The position numbers were made by a program, and so were the translations under genes. From positions 2,232,001 to 2,296,000 of the forward strand of contig OZ287073.1 of the NCBI GenBank assembly GCA_965645245.1: a stretch of DNA of 64,000 nucleotides, in the 5' to 3' direction. Origin of the DNA: Massalongia carnosa (Eukaryota). The stretch's first letter is position 1. Each line of letters starts with the position of its first letter. Below the pieces are notes generated by a model, which made no database searches, was not told the DNA's origin, and saw nothing but the letters and a program-made list of their open reading frames with translations. Shown here one piece after another: positions 11,660 through 24,731 of the stretch.

Positions 11660-11859
11660 TATGGAGATCTGAGAGATCATAGGATGGGTTGAAGTAGAGA
11701 CTGAGTTTATTGAACTACTGAGCTCGATAGAGCAGAATATATAGCTCAAATGATAACTAAGTACACATGTGAAAGGGGACATACAGAGGACATGTGAAAG
11801 GGGACATGTCGAGCACATGTGATCGAGCATGTGAAAGAGTGAGATTATTCCGGCTGATA
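11660..11859 (-). repeat. 5' LTR of copia 1
   Basis: Direct repeat of 262-461, adjacent to the PBS. Confidence 0.95.
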
Positions 11860-11864
11860 ATCAG

Positions 11865-12877
11865 TCAGTTGAAAACCGCTAGACAACTGGGCTTTTTAGC
11901 AAAGGATGGCCTTTCGGATAGTGCTTTGCTGGTAATTCAGCTTTGTAAAACACTTCCTGAACCATTGAATTACACTCTTTTCTGTGATAACTTCTTTACC
12001 AGTACAAAGCTATTCAAAGCTCTTCGATCACTAGGAATTGCTGCATGTGGAACAGCTAAAAAGGGCTCTGGATTTTCCGCGAAGTTGTTGGCTCTGCGTG
12101 ATGTGGCCATTAAATCCAAACATTGGGGACTTCGGGCCAGTACGACTGTGGATGAGGTGCTCTGTTTGGGATGGGTGGACAATAACACCGTTCAGTTGAT
12201 GACTACTCGTCATCATCCTCGGGAGCTTGATGACTCATACTATTTACATCCGCTTAAAAGGTATCCCTCAATGTACGCTCACATCATTTTGCTGCCTGAT
12301 CAAACACCTTCATGGCCTTTAGGCCTACCGATTCCCGCACCAGTCAGAGAATATAATCTTCACATTGGGTGGGTCAGATGGAAATGCTCAGCAGAGAGCG
12401 GTTTATTCTTATCAACGCCGAAGCGATCGATATTGGTGGCCACTGTTTATTTTTTTGTTAGATGCTGCTGCGCTCAATGCATACAAGCTTTATCTAATTG
12501 ATGACTTCAGAACAGAAGGAAAAAAACTCACTCGTACGGTTTTTACTCATCATCTTGCCCTAAGTCTGATGAAGAATCCCGCTGGACAAACCTGACGACA
12601 TGAGTCAAAGATAAGGATTCAGACCAACTCTGAGCCTTTAGTTTCTACCCCCGAGCACCATTATATTCATCTGGAGAAGAAGCGGAAATGCGAGCCCTGC
12701 AATGTCAATAAAACAAGGCCCTCCAAAAGAAAAGGGGAGCCTTTGGCTGAAAGAGACGCTAATGGCAGGAAAAGAAAGCAGCGAGGTTCTCAAACAAGAT
12801 GGGCGTGTGGAGGATGTCATCCAATCAGACCTTGTTGTAAAAATCAGGCCTGCTGGGCGGCAATACATTTGAACTGA
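11865..12877 (+). pseudogene. piggyBac (PGBD-like) transposase, 3' part, frameshifted
   Basis: Motifs FCDNFFTS..LF..L...GIAACGT, LGWVDNNTV, YNxxxGGSD and WWPLFIFLLDAAALNAY, plus a C-terminal Cys-rich domain (CEPC...CGGC...CC...CW). Frameshift near 12365 and a TGA at 12593. Confidence 0.85.
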
Positions 12878-13052
12878 AAGTAGTAGATGGAGTTCAGGTA
12901 GATAGTAATTGATTGGGCAATTCTTAAAAAGGGTCAGAAAGGGGTAGCAAGCCGCTTATTTGATTGGTAGATATTTAAGGTTTCGGGAGCTCTAAACTAT
13001 CTAGTTATAGCTAGGGCGGGAAGGGGGTGCCAATTCACCAGCGAGAGGGATA

Positions 13053-14924
13053 ATCGTCGGCTCGCTTACCTCCGGGATCCGACTTGAAAAAATGTCGACC
13101 GCATTTTAGTCGGGGAAAGCGGTTGCATCCCGGAAAGCGGTTGCATCCCCCCAAATTCAAATTTCTTCATCTTTTTGATCATTGACCAACAAGCACATTG
13201 ATTAAAAATCAGCCGATACCGTACATAGCTTGAAAATCATTTCTCCGACCCAACTGATTATCAATTCAAATCCTTTCCTTTCGAATCAATCCCCCGAACC
13301 AATCTCCCCTTTCGAATCATGGATAACGACGCCTCCCTTGTCTCCACTCTCAACCCTATGGAAAGATTGAAAAAGGCGAAGGAATTTCTGACAAATCATC
13401 CCAAAGAAAGTAAAACGACTGCAGCTAGAATTCTACAATATCAACGTCAAAACTTTGACGTCTTCCATTCGTCGACCAGAAGGGAGGAAAATTGGAGGAC
13501 AAAATCAGATACTGAGGGAGCATGAGGCAGGGTCAATTACTGGCTTTATTAAGTTCTTATTGATTCATGGAATTCTTCCTACACATCAGATGGTTTTCAA
13601 GGCTATTGTAAGTCTGAAAAAGGCCTATAACCCCCTCGAGGTAGGCCCGTCAAGAAGATAGTTTCGGAGCTGGTGGAAATATAACAAACTTCATAAAATA
13701 AAGACAAAACCACTAGCAATGATTCGTTATAAAGCTGCCCAAGAATCAGATGTGATGAAAAATTTCAAGCCCAATGATCCCAATGATTCATTAAACAGTC
13801 TGAATACGAATAATGAGCCCTCATTACCTCTACCCCCACCTCGTCAAATCCAACCGACAAAAGTAGCTGACATTGAGTATGGTTTGAGTCAATGGGGACC
13901 GAAAATCAGAAAATCCATGCAATAGAGTGATCCCGCTCGGGCTGAGGAATGGGACTCATTTGTAGACAATACAAATGAAGTTGTTTCGAATACGATTATC
14001 GATGGCATGGAGCTGGAAATGCATCGAGAATCAAGAAGAAGTCAGTTAAATAACAGACGAATGTCTCGTAAACGTCTGAGACCAGAAACCGGAAGATTGG
14101 GAATCACAGCGGAAGATGCAAAGCAGGCTATAGCCATCAGACTACAACAGGATCAAGAGGCTGAGGAGAAACGAGCGAATAATAGCTTCATGAAGCTATG
14201 GCGAATAGAAAGAGACGAAATGCATGTCAAGGGATTGGCTGCTCGAAAAACAGAAAGAGATCGAGTCAAACAGCTGAAAGAAATGCAGAAAATGCTCGGT
14301 CCCATTCCAATTGAGATGTATGAGAAGATTCCTGACCCCGAGGCATTATGGAAGGCCACGAATGAGGTATGGATAGCTGAGGAAGCGAAGAAGGAAATTA
14401 GAAAGAATCCGCGTGTCAATGTCAATGAGGAAGATGTCACGTTTATCGTAGATAGCACTGGTCATGGGGATAATTCAATCCTTCCAGATCTTCTAGAAGG
14501 AGAAACATGGCTACGAGATGATTTCGTATCTTTCGATTTGGAAGAATTATTGAAAGAATTCGATTTAGAAGCATCTTTTCAACCAGGAGATGCGAATAAT
14601 TGGTAGAATGCGGGGTATGCGGAGTAAGCGGAGAATCACGAGGGTCAGGGGGTCAGGGGGGTCAAGGGAAATGATTTTGACGACGGTGATGATGACGGCG
14701 ATGATTTTCAAGCTATGTACGGTAGCGACTGATTTTTAATCAATGTGGTTGTTGGTCAATGATCAAAAAGATGAAGAAATTTGAATTTGAGGGGATGCAA
14801 CCGCTTTCCGGGATGCAACCGCTTTCCGGGATGCAACCGCTTTCCGGGATGCAACCGCTTTCCCCGACTAAAATGCGGTCGACATTTTTTCAAGTCGGAT
14901 CCCGGAGGTAAGCGAGCCGACGAT
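13053..14924 (+). mobile_element. Fot1/pogo-like non-autonomous DNA transposon with long TIRs
   Basis: TA flanks and TIRs of about 190 bp (ATCGTCGGCTCGCTTACCTCCGGGATCC...). A 19-bp unit CGGAAAGCGGTTGCATCCC occurs twice on the left and four times on the right. HTH N-terminus and coiled-coil C-terminus remnants remain, with no DDE core. Confidence 0.8.
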
Positions 14925-15031
14925 TACGGCTCCGAACGCCTATCGCCCCTGTTGCGAATGCCAAGCCAGCTAGATCATATCTGACGTAATATGCGAATGC
15001 CTCGCGTGTTTTACTGATATGGGAATGGTTA

Positions 15032-16705
15032 CAGTACTAGGTCAAAAGTTTCCGACAGCCCCACCATCAACTTTTTACCCTACCACTGCTTTGAATTATC
15101 AACTATTGTCGGACCGTTCTTATTGATCTGGAAAATGATGTTCTCCTTATCTATCTAAACTGGAAATTCTTGCTAGCTATATAGACCATTTCGCCACATT
15201 CTTTCATAATCTAGATATCTTCCAGCCACTTCTATTTACTAATAAATCATTAGTGATCCGGAACCCATGCGAGGTACAATGCTTTGAAATCATTGAGTAT
15301 TAGAAATTAGATATATGGCATAGAAAGAAATAGCATCTGAAAGATCGAGGCCTCGGTTATTAGTCCGAAATCACGTGCTTTTCCTTCAAGAGGATCTTAC
15401 TTCGGGAATTGGCTTGAACCACGGTCTATTAATATCGACAACTATTAAGTTGTTATTTTGATGTCTTGAAACTTCGTACGACGATTACATACATTATAGC
15501 AAGCACATTGGGCTGAGAAATATATTTTTAATATTTCGTATACCATCCTTTTGACTGGATGCAAGCTTCAATCCTCCTTTCCATGCTGTCTACTAAACTC
15601 TTCAGCATTTCCTCATCTATCAAGGCCTATGCGTCTTCCAAAGCTTTCCAAAGTACCTCGCGGACCCTATCATCACTACCAGTCACTGAGTCGATGTCCG
15701 GATTGACCTGGTAGACGAGCTTCTTGAGCACGTACCAAACGTGCTCGATGGGATTCAAATTAGGGGAATAAGGGGGCCAATCGATGACTGTTATACCGTT
15801 TTCATCGAACCATTTCTTCACCTTTTTGGCAGTGTGAATGGGGGCATTATCCTGCATGAAAATGAGACCTGGTTCCCAAATTCAAAGCAGATTATCGTTC
15901 AATAATTCCAAATATGAATTCGCGGAGTACCCCATCTTCTTTGCCTCGAAATCGCGGGCCAATTTGTAAAGATCCGACCCCCCCCCCCCAAAAAGCCCCC
16001 CATACCATGACCTTAACCTCTTTTCCTTTGCCGTTCGGTTGTATCATAGGTTTTTCCATTTTTCGTCCGGAAACCTGAACACCCATTGACGCTGTTTTCC
16101 CGACCCCTTTTCCACCGAGCACTCGTCTGACCATATTATTTTTGACCACTGCTCAAAAGTCCACTCACGCCGAAGCAAGCACTAGTCTAGCCTCTTCTTT
16201 GCCACTTCGGGCGTCAATAAAGCTCGCTTTTTTGCCAGCCAGTTTGTTAGACCATAGTCTTTGAGCGTCCGATAGAGAGTGGATCGACTACATTGCACCT
16301 CAACCTCCGTACGCAGCTGCGCGCAGGTGATGCGTGGATTGATTCGTGCAAGTTTAATGATACGTCTTCGATCGCGGTTCGAACATATTCCAGGCCGACC
16401 CGATCGCGATTTGGACTTTTCGTTGTTGCGTTCTGGGTGCTTTTGAAGAGTGCAAATGACGGTAGTTCGAGGCACATTTAATGTCTTTGCAATTTCGGCC
16501 GGTGCATGCCTCAATGCCTGGGCTCCAACAATCATACCTCTTTGACATTGATTCAATTCGGTATTACGAGGCTTATTACCAGAAATTGAAGTCAACGGAG
16601 TGCGTAGCATGGTGAAATGATGAGGTCAAAGTTGATGGGTTGGTAGGTTAAAACGCGAAATCACGAAGATCGCGGGTAGAGTCGGAAACTTTTGACACGG
16701 GACTG
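15032..16705 (-). mobile_element. Tc1-family (DD34E) transposon, degenerate copy A1
   Basis: TA flanks, imperfect 25-bp TIRs CAGT....GTCAAAAGTTTCCGAC, and transposase 16610 to about 15529 with MQDNAPIH..WPPYSPNLNPIE. Stops and frameshifts are present. Confidence 0.92.
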
Positions 16706-17251
16706 TACATCTGGGAATTTCTGGTATCTTCGATGCTTAGAAATTCAGGTCTATAGACGTTCGAGGAGAATCTCGAATGTTCTGTGATCATGTGTATATA
16801 ACATCACTCCTACGCATAGCTTAGAGATCAGTCGCAATAATCTGAATTATTTCATTCAAAGAAGTTCTGTACTATCCAGAGACTTCTGGCACTCTGCCAC
16901 CTATTTTCTGTGCATTGGGTCCATCATTCTCCATCCATCCCTCCTATTTTAAACAGCCCCATAGCACTTCTGAACACGCTCGGCAAGGTTATGGAATCTA
17001 TCATGTCCAAGAAAATTACTCACCTAGCGGAAACCCACAGACTCCTACCGGACACACAGATGGGGGCCAGAAGAGGAAGATCAACCGAAACTGTTCTGGA
17101 ATTGTTAACTGAACAAATTCACACAGTATGGGGACAAGGCAACGACAAAATAACTACTCTGTTAAGCATGGACGTAGCAGGAGCGTATGATACAGTGTCA
17201 CATCGATGTTTAATTCATAACCTGCGCAAACGAAAATCCCAAAATGGATTA

Positions 17252-18978
17252 CAGTCAGATCGGGTTATAAGAAACTCCAAAATCGTAGCATCTAGGTTTC
17301 TTATTAGGCGAGGTTTCTAATATCAAAATTCTTGGCATATTTTCAAGACTATACCTATCGACTACCTAATGACAAAGAAATCCGTCATTACAGCTTGCCT
17401 AGAGCTAATCGCCATTGAGGTCTTGATATCTCACTCTTTACGATTCAGACGACGTATCAAATCATCGTCACCGACCTCTCGTTGCTCCTCATATAACCGT
17501 AACGTTTCAAGAGCTCGTAGAGCGCCCTTGTTTTGAACACGTGATACAATGACCTCCTTCTCCCCCGTCTCGTATTCCATTTCATGGTCACCATATATAG
17601 CAACGATGTGATCCTTCAAATCCTCTTCGTTATCCTCTTCGTTATCCTCTACCACCTCTTCAACAGGGTTCAGAAATTCGCCAATATGCATGGCGCTTTG
17701 TATATGACCACGGTCTTCCAAACGCCGTATTGTAGCTTGTATCTGTAGTCGTTGCTCCGTTTCTTGCTCTTGTGCCCGAGCCTTATTGAGATAGCCATAT
17801 TTCTCTGCCTTTTCTCGAGTCATTGGCCCATATTTTGCCCCGATTACACGAGATTTCAGTCAACCTTACGACTTACGTTACCATTAAACCAGCGTAAATA
17901 CTCCTGAAATATATCGTCCGACATCCAAGCTCTGCTGTTACTGCGTCATACCATATGCAGGTTATAAGCGTGAACACCCTGTGAACCAAAAGCACGCGGA
18001 TTTTTGGCCGTCCCAATGAACCATATGAGAAGCTTGTGAGTTCCAATAGCATTGCAACAGAAATTTGCAGTAATTCTCGCTTTTTCCACCTTGCCGCCTG
18101 AGGGCTGTTCCGTAGCCAATGTAGTACTGAGTGTAGCCTTCCAAAATAACGCAGTTTCATCCATGTTATAGATATCATCCTGATCGTATGATAATAGCTG
18201 TACCCGTATTACTTCTAGCTCTTCATCAACCTCCACACGCTTGACGGAATAGAGCTCGCCGTGTTGTTTATGTTTGGTAATCTTGTATCTTCTTTTGAAA
18301 GAATTCAGCCATCCAATAGAGAACCTGGGAGATGGTTGATTACGATATAGAGGTAATCGTTTCCAAAATTTCAAGGCCATTTCTCTTAACAAATCGCCCG
18401 ACAAAGGCGCTCCTTTGCGTTGCATGCGCTGTTGCCACTCAAATTAGGCCGTTTCTAATTCAGGCCAATGTGCAGTTCGAGTTTTCTTCAGATTCGGGCG
18501 TAGCAATGCGTGAGATGTATCCAGATGAGCCCATTTATGTGAGAGGATTTTGGAAACTTGTCCTTTGTCAATTTTATGACGGTAAAGATTGTCAAACCAA
18601 ACGGCAAGTTTTTCGTATTTCTTGTCATCTCCAGATACAGCAGGATCTTGGTAACGCTATCATAATGCTCGTCGTTGGTCGTCGGTAAAGGCGTCACGCT
18701 TTTTTCTGCTTCTCTCTCTGGGAGAAAGCGGGGATGTAGGACGTTTTCAAGGATTTCGAGATGGAGTCTCCGGATTTTGACTATTATATCTCAAAGAAGT
18801 CGAAGGAGAAGTCATATTTACTATAAGAAACCACCGCAAATTTTTTAGAGAAAGTTAAAAAACTTTCTAATAGAGCGAGGTTTCTTATCCCTCACCAGAA
18901 AAAAACCGGCCTTTTCGTCCGAGTTTCTTACTAGCCGAGGTTTCTTAATCAGCAGTTTCTTATAACCCGATCTGACTG
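17252..18978 (-). mobile_element. Tigger/CENP-B-type pogo transposon, internally deleted
   Basis: Perfect 25-bp TIRs CAGTCAGATCGGGTTATAAGAAACT with TA TSD. Carries HTH_Tnp_Tc5-like FSIGWLNSFKRR, IYNMDETALFW and KLLIWFIGTAKNPRAF, with upstream stops. Confidence 0.9.
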
Positions 18979-19682
18979 TACTGACTGGCACCTGGGTAGA
19001 CAGTTTTTAAGAAGCACCACGCTAGCAATACATAGCCGGCATATTCGAAGTACGAACTGGAATACCACAAGGCTCTCCTATTTCTCCTATCCTTTATCTA
19101 TTCTATAACGTAGACCTGTTAGACATATGTGAAAGACCCGGAACAAACACGAGCGCCTTAGGTTTCGTAGACGACATAAACGTACTAGCATATGGGAAAA
19201 GCACGGAAGAAAACTGCAAAACGCTGGAGGAAATTCACAAGAAATGCGAAAAATGGGCTATTCGACACGGAGCAGTTTTTGCACCGAAAAAGTACGAACT
19301 GATACACTTGTCAAGAAATCCGAAGAAATTCAACATGTCTACTGTCGTTAGAATAGAAAACAGCAACATAGAACCAAAAACGGACATTAGAATCTTGGGA
19401 CTTCGAATCGACACAGAATTGAAATGGGGTCCGCACGTCAGAAAGATCCAGGAAAAATTGATAAAACAATCTAAGGCACTGACAAAAATTTCTATCTCCA
19501 CATGGGGCGCCACTTTTCCAAAAGCCCGCCAAGTATACACCGCCGTAGTCCGTCCGGCCATGACGTATGGTTCTACCATATGGCACACGCCAAAGGACAT
19601 AAAAAAAATCGAACGGCATCTCAAACAAGCTAGCCGTCATACAGAATAAATGCTTACGAACTATAGCTGGGGCATTTAGGGC

Positions 19683-21491
19683 GAGATGCTTAGGGACAGT
19701 CCCCCCCCGACCGTCCCCCACCCCCCCCCCTCTGTGTAAATCTTTACTAGTAAACAGCCATTTTACTACTCATCCAGGGTGCGTACAAGCTAGCAGTTAC
19801 ACTACGTATTAATAATGTTGCTGTTACTGACTAAGTGTATTCAACACCTACAAATCTACCTATTGCGATGACTTCAACTCCAAAAACTCGTCAATCAATT
19901 GCGATACATCATCTTTTCAAGGCTTCATGATTTCAACCGTCTTTCTCATCGCCGTTTGGTTTCTTCGTCACACCCCGAGACCTTCGCGTTGTTGCAGAGG
20001 AAGTAGGGAGAATTTAACTGGCGCGCACGTTTTGGCTAAGACTATAAAGAGATGGAGGCGGCGCAGCCTCAGGTAGGGCTTTTTGACTATGCTTGGCAAG
20101 CACATCGTCAATATCTTCGAGCGAATCCGACGAGGCTTCTGATGTAAGAATAACATCATTATCGTCATCCGAAGGAAGCATAGGATCCATAGAACGACCG
20201 AGAATGGGCTGAATGCTTATATACTGCACCTCGTCATCGTCATCGGAGACGATAGATGCGTTTTCGATTCTCTCCATAACTAAGTTTTCTCCTAAACCTA
20301 TTGTACCCAATATTAGCCGACCCGAGCGCAATAACTTTGCAACATCGTGAATTTTACCTTCTGTTTCACCTTCAACCTCATCGTCGCCCCCAGCACGCAA
20401 TCTATTATATCTAAGCCTCCTCCCTTGTTCAATAGAGTCCCTTCGCCTAGTACGTCGCTGTTCAGTTTCTCTAGCCTCAGCTGCCTCGCGACCAGTGTAG
20501 GCACGTCGACGACTCCCTCCTTTCTTATACATGAGGTTTTCTTTGGGCCGAATCTCGTCAGGGAATGTGGTGGGGATGAGAGGTCTTACCAGTTCCTTCT
20601 TTTGCCCATTTCTTATTGAACTTTTCAACGATGTGAGAATGCTCGCGAGCGTACTCCTCCCTTCGATGAGAATCTTCTATTGATTGATGCAGGTCAATAG
20701 ATTGATATGCCACAGAATGTAGCAAATCAAGGCCCCCGCGGCGAAATCAAATCTATCCTCACTCAACACGCCTTCTTCGAGCTCGACCTCATCCTTATCA
20801 GCCTCAATCTCTGCCGTCCCTTCGATCTCATCGACGATCTTTTCGACCTCGGGCTCCGAGCCGCGAGCGAAATAGAAGGTCATTTGCCAAGAGACCACAT
20901 AAGGTGGGCCATCAAAAAACTAGCGGGGGTGGATGAGGGAAACGGGAATAGAGACCGAGTCGATGATGCATTTATACAACCAGTATTTGCATGGGAGACC
21001 GTACCTTAAAGGCAATTCACAATCATAAACACAGCTTCCACCATCAGGGACAATAGAAAGGATTCGTTCAGCTAATGATTTGGCGGCATCGAGTTCTCTG
21101 GAAACGAGGCCAATGGCATGATGCGTAATTTTCCCAATGAGTAGCGTAAAGGCATTTCTATCGATCAATCTAGGATTGCGTATTCGCTGTTGTTTTTTCC
21201 GCACCTCATCACATATTTTCTGCACTGAATTGTCTTATAGGCAAGGGCTAATGGTAAGTGAGGGTGAGGATGAGGGTGAGGGTATGCTTTATCAGGCCGA
21301 GTAGGATAATTATAAGTAGCAATAACACGTCATACGATTTAAACCGAAAAGAGTTTAATGTGCTGTTGGCAGTTGCATTACTAGCTTGTACGCACCCTGG
21401 ATAAGCAGTGAAAAGGCTGTTTACTAGCAAAGATTTACACAGGGGGGGGGAGGGGGGGGACGGTCGGGGGGGGACTGTCCCTAAGCACCTC
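19683..21491 (-). mobile_element. Non-autonomous Mutator-like element (MULE), copy 1
   Basis: TIRs of about 110 bp starting GAG(A/G)TGCTTAGGGACAGTCC and duplicated target GCATTTAGGGC. Carries a SWIM-like CxxxC..YGLPC transposase C-terminal fragment without a DDE core. Confidence 0.85.
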
Positions 21492-22469
21492 GCATTTAGG
21501 GCAACTCCCATACCGGTACTGGAAGCGGAAATGTACATAGCCCCAATTGATATACATCTAGATCAACTTCAGGCTCAGGCTAGACATCGCTTGTGTCAGG
21601 GAGGTCAAAAGAAATTTATCATCAATACATGCAACTCCATTGCAAACAAACTCAGAGGACGGGCTGGACGAAAGCGAGCTCCTACGAGTACTCCGGGAAC
21701 GCTGAAATATGCATGGGCCAAGAAAATAACATCGGATACCCAAAAAAGCCTGATGCCGGTAGCGAACCCACCATGGGCCGAAACCCCCCCAAATACAGCT
21801 CGAGACATCCAAGAAGCGCGTGCCGTTCAAGGCAAAATAATCGCAAAAATAAAACAACGATACACAGACGCATGGCAGACCTCTTGGAAATCATATCAGA
21901 ACCTCACATCTACGCCTACTCCAGCACAAGTAGCCCCACTCACAAAAACACGCATCAAATTACACGAAACTCTAGCCAAAGCAGAAAGCGCTCTAACAAT
22001 TCAGATACGCTCAGAAAAGATAGGTCCAGCCGACTTCCTATTTAGACGTCGCGTTCCCGACGTCTTGACACCGAAGTGTCCATGTGGCTGGCCAAAACAA
22101 ACCGCGAAACATGTAATCATGTTTTGCAAACTCAACAGTAACAGACATTTAATGTTACGCTCCATAGGAACAATAATTATCGACTCATTACTGACTCATC
22201 CAGAGCGATGAAACTAGTTTCCGCTTGGTTAATGAAGACCGGCTTACTAACCCAGTTCTCACTGGCAGCACAGCATTTATATCATTGACAATTGGCGATT
22301 AAATACGTCGATTCTTTTCTTTAACTTGTCATCGGTCAACTGTTCTTTAGGAAGATCTCTCGACGGAGACTCGGAGAGTATTCGTAGAAGTATCGGATTA
22401 CTTGGTTTTTCACTTGCCCGCATGGCCGGCCTTCGGCCTGTACCACATCGAAATAAGAATTATCATCAT

Positions 22470-23149
22470 TAGACGTTGCTATTTTTCAGTCAATGAAACA
22501 TTATCATGCTGAAGCGGTTAAGAACGTCATTCGGTTGGGTGACGTTAACTTCAATCGTCTGGATTTTCTGGACGCATTCAATCAATTTCGTACAAAGGCA
22601 TTCAAATCATCTACTATCAAATCAATCTGGGAAAAAACTAGGTTGATATCTCACAATCCGAAGGTATTCTTGACCAAAATTCGTGCTTTAAATCCGGCAT
22701 TATCATCATTATCAATATCCTCTTCGTAGAGAATAATCCTACCTTATATCCTTAAAAAGCTCAAAGACGTTGTTAAGGAAGGGAAAAACTTTATTCAACG
22801 AATGAATAATAATGAAGAAATTACTTCAGAAAGAATGCGACGTTTTATCAAAGGGTCGATTGCAAACGCTAATTTACTAGAATTGACGCAACGCGACTTG
22901 CAAGCCATACATACAGCTGCATTAGCTAAAAGGGCCCGACAAAAGCTTGCTGGCATCGTTGTTCAGAAGGGAGGAATCGTTATCGTTCGAGATGTGAGGC
23001 ACAATTATCTACATCGTATTCAAGAAGAGGTGGAAAGGGAGAAGGGTCATCAAAAGCGTGCTGAGACAGCTAGACAAAAGAAAATATTTCTCTATGAAAA
23101 AGCGATAGCTAAACGGTTTGGCTTGGTGGGTAAAAAGGCCGAAAGCTGA
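22470..23149 (+). pseudogene. Fot1/pogo transposase C-terminal remnant
   Basis: LDVAIFQSMKHYH..FLDAFNQFRTKAFKSSTIKSIW..T.L..HNP, followed by the typical RQK..G.VVQKGG coiled-coil tail. Confidence 0.7.
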
Positions 23150-23672
23150 ATAGATGAACGTCAGCATTTGATTTTGAATAGCTTCATTTTAAAAGGGTCA
23201 ATCAATGGATATAATGTACGAAGGATGACGCTGAAAGTCCTTGCTAGCGTACATGAGACGTGCATTAGTGTTTATTAGCTTACAAGGGGAATATAGTACT
23301 AAAATAGTCGAGAAAATCTCGAATTGCTTCTGTTCTCGTCGTCAAAAAGACAGCAATACTACATCTGATATGCAGTAGAAGGTTTTAATCATCATCATTA
23401 TCATGCCCAATGTACAGAGCAATAGTCTCACGATTGCACAAAGATGAGATGGTTCTATGTCACGTGAGGCCCCTGAGTCAAAGTAAATTAAGAATCACCC
23501 TCTGAAAATTCTTTCCTCATTCACTTCTTCTCACTCGGCCTCATCCATCTCACTGACTCGTCGTCGACCCCACGTTGTCTCGGTGCCCCTACCTCGCTGT
23601 CAGTGCTTGCTGCTTTTCCAATCTCACTGACTCGTCGTCGACCTCACGTTGTCTCGGTGCCCCTACCTCCCA

Positions 23673-24686
23673 ATGACGAACACCCGTTCCTAAAGCACCT
23701 TGATGGACGACATAGTCCCCGACCCCCAGGAGATTGTCGGATTGACGCAGGCCCAGTCCAATCAAATCTTCGCCCTACAAAAGAAGAAAGCCGAGGCGGA
23801 AGCGAAGGCGGCCGAGGCTGAGGCTAGAATTGCCGAGTCCAAGGCATTGGTCGCCGAGAAGGAGGTGGAAAAAATGCAGCTAGAAATCGACTGCATGCGC
23901 CGAGAATCTGACGCCCGAATAGCGGCCGTCATTCCTGCTGGCAAGCCGAGTCGTGTCGTCGGCGATGACGACGAGGACCTAGGTGAGATCCCTCTCGAAG
24001 TAAGAAGCATAGCACCCCGTTTCGCGGGCCTACCACAGGACAAGATCATCAAGATCTTTTCAAATAAATTCAAAGCCATCAACCTCTCCCGCCTCCGACA
24101 CATGCACGGCATGCAATACGAGTCATACAAGGATCAAGACCGCATCGGCATCGAAGACGGCGCCTTGAGGTTGAGAAAGGCATCCGGGACCTACAAAGAT
24201 TTCGGAAAGACAGTTCATGACGTCTGGACCGAGAGCTTCATCAACTGCACCTCGATCATGGTCAGTCTTTTCGGGAAATCGAGTCAACAGCTTCACGCCA
24301 CCATGTCGGCATTCCACGGAAAAATCCTCACGCTGGCCAAGGTGTACGAGTGGCAGGAAGCAGTCCTCCCCCTCGCCATCGAAACCCACACCCACATCAT
24401 CGCGTCTCAGCCATCCGACGCATCCCAATGGAAAATGCCCGACGAATTCCAAGCTCGATTCTGCACCCCCCTCACAGTCCTACGCCGTCGCCGCTCACGA
24501 TCCCCGCCGTCCCGACGACCGACCCCGAGAGGAGACAGGGCCGAGAGGGCCGAGAAGGCAGCGGGAGAAATCTGCGACAAGTACAACAGCGGCACCTGCA
24601 CCTGGCCGTCGTGCTACCGACAGCACAAATGCAAATCGTGCGGCGCGGCTGGGCATGGCCAGAAGACATGCCCAACGAAGAAATAG
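23673..24686 (+). pseudogene. YR-retrotransposon gag-like ORF1 (TAA at codon 7)
   Basis: ATG 23673 with an in-frame TAA at 23691, a coiled-coil region, and C-terminal CCCH (CDKYNSGTCTWPSCYRQH) plus CCHC (CKSCGAAGHGQKTC) fingers. Confidence 0.8.
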
Positions 24687-24731
24687 GGGGTTGGTGCAGG
24701 AGGCAGTAGAATAGCTTCAATAGCTGAATTC

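Larger units (their letters stand above)
262..11859 (-). mobile_element. Ty1/copia LTR retrotransposon 1 (degenerate coding region), TA...TA LTR termini
   Basis: 200-bp LTRs at 262-461 and 11660-11859 (one visible mismatch), TSD ATCAG at 257-261 and 11860-11864, PBS at 11649-11659, G-rich PPT at 462-470. Domain order is gag-PR-INT-RT-RH. Confidence 0.95.
1..13049 (+). mobile_element. piggyBac-like DNA transposon (left end outside window), interrupted at 262-11859 by a copia element
   Basis: 1-84 reads TSKQAGKGFKIYSLCQNNYLISFLFASK. An intron 85-247 (GTTAGT...TTAAC...CAG) is followed by VTKIS, which continues in frame across the ATCAG TSD into ISQLKTARQ at 11860. The element ends in ...CCAGCGAGAGGG at 13049, a piggyBac-type GGG terminus. 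Confidence 0.8.
16955..22465 (+). mobile_element. 5'-truncated Tad1-like LINE in three pieces (16955-17251, 18981-19682, 21503-22465)
   Basis: RT motifs PIALLNTLGK, DVAGAYD, GIPQGSPISP and FVDD, and a C-terminal CPCG..QTAKHV..C zinc finger. The coding sequence resumes after both insertions. The 3' end has a short tandem (ATC/ATT) tail. Confidence 0.9.
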
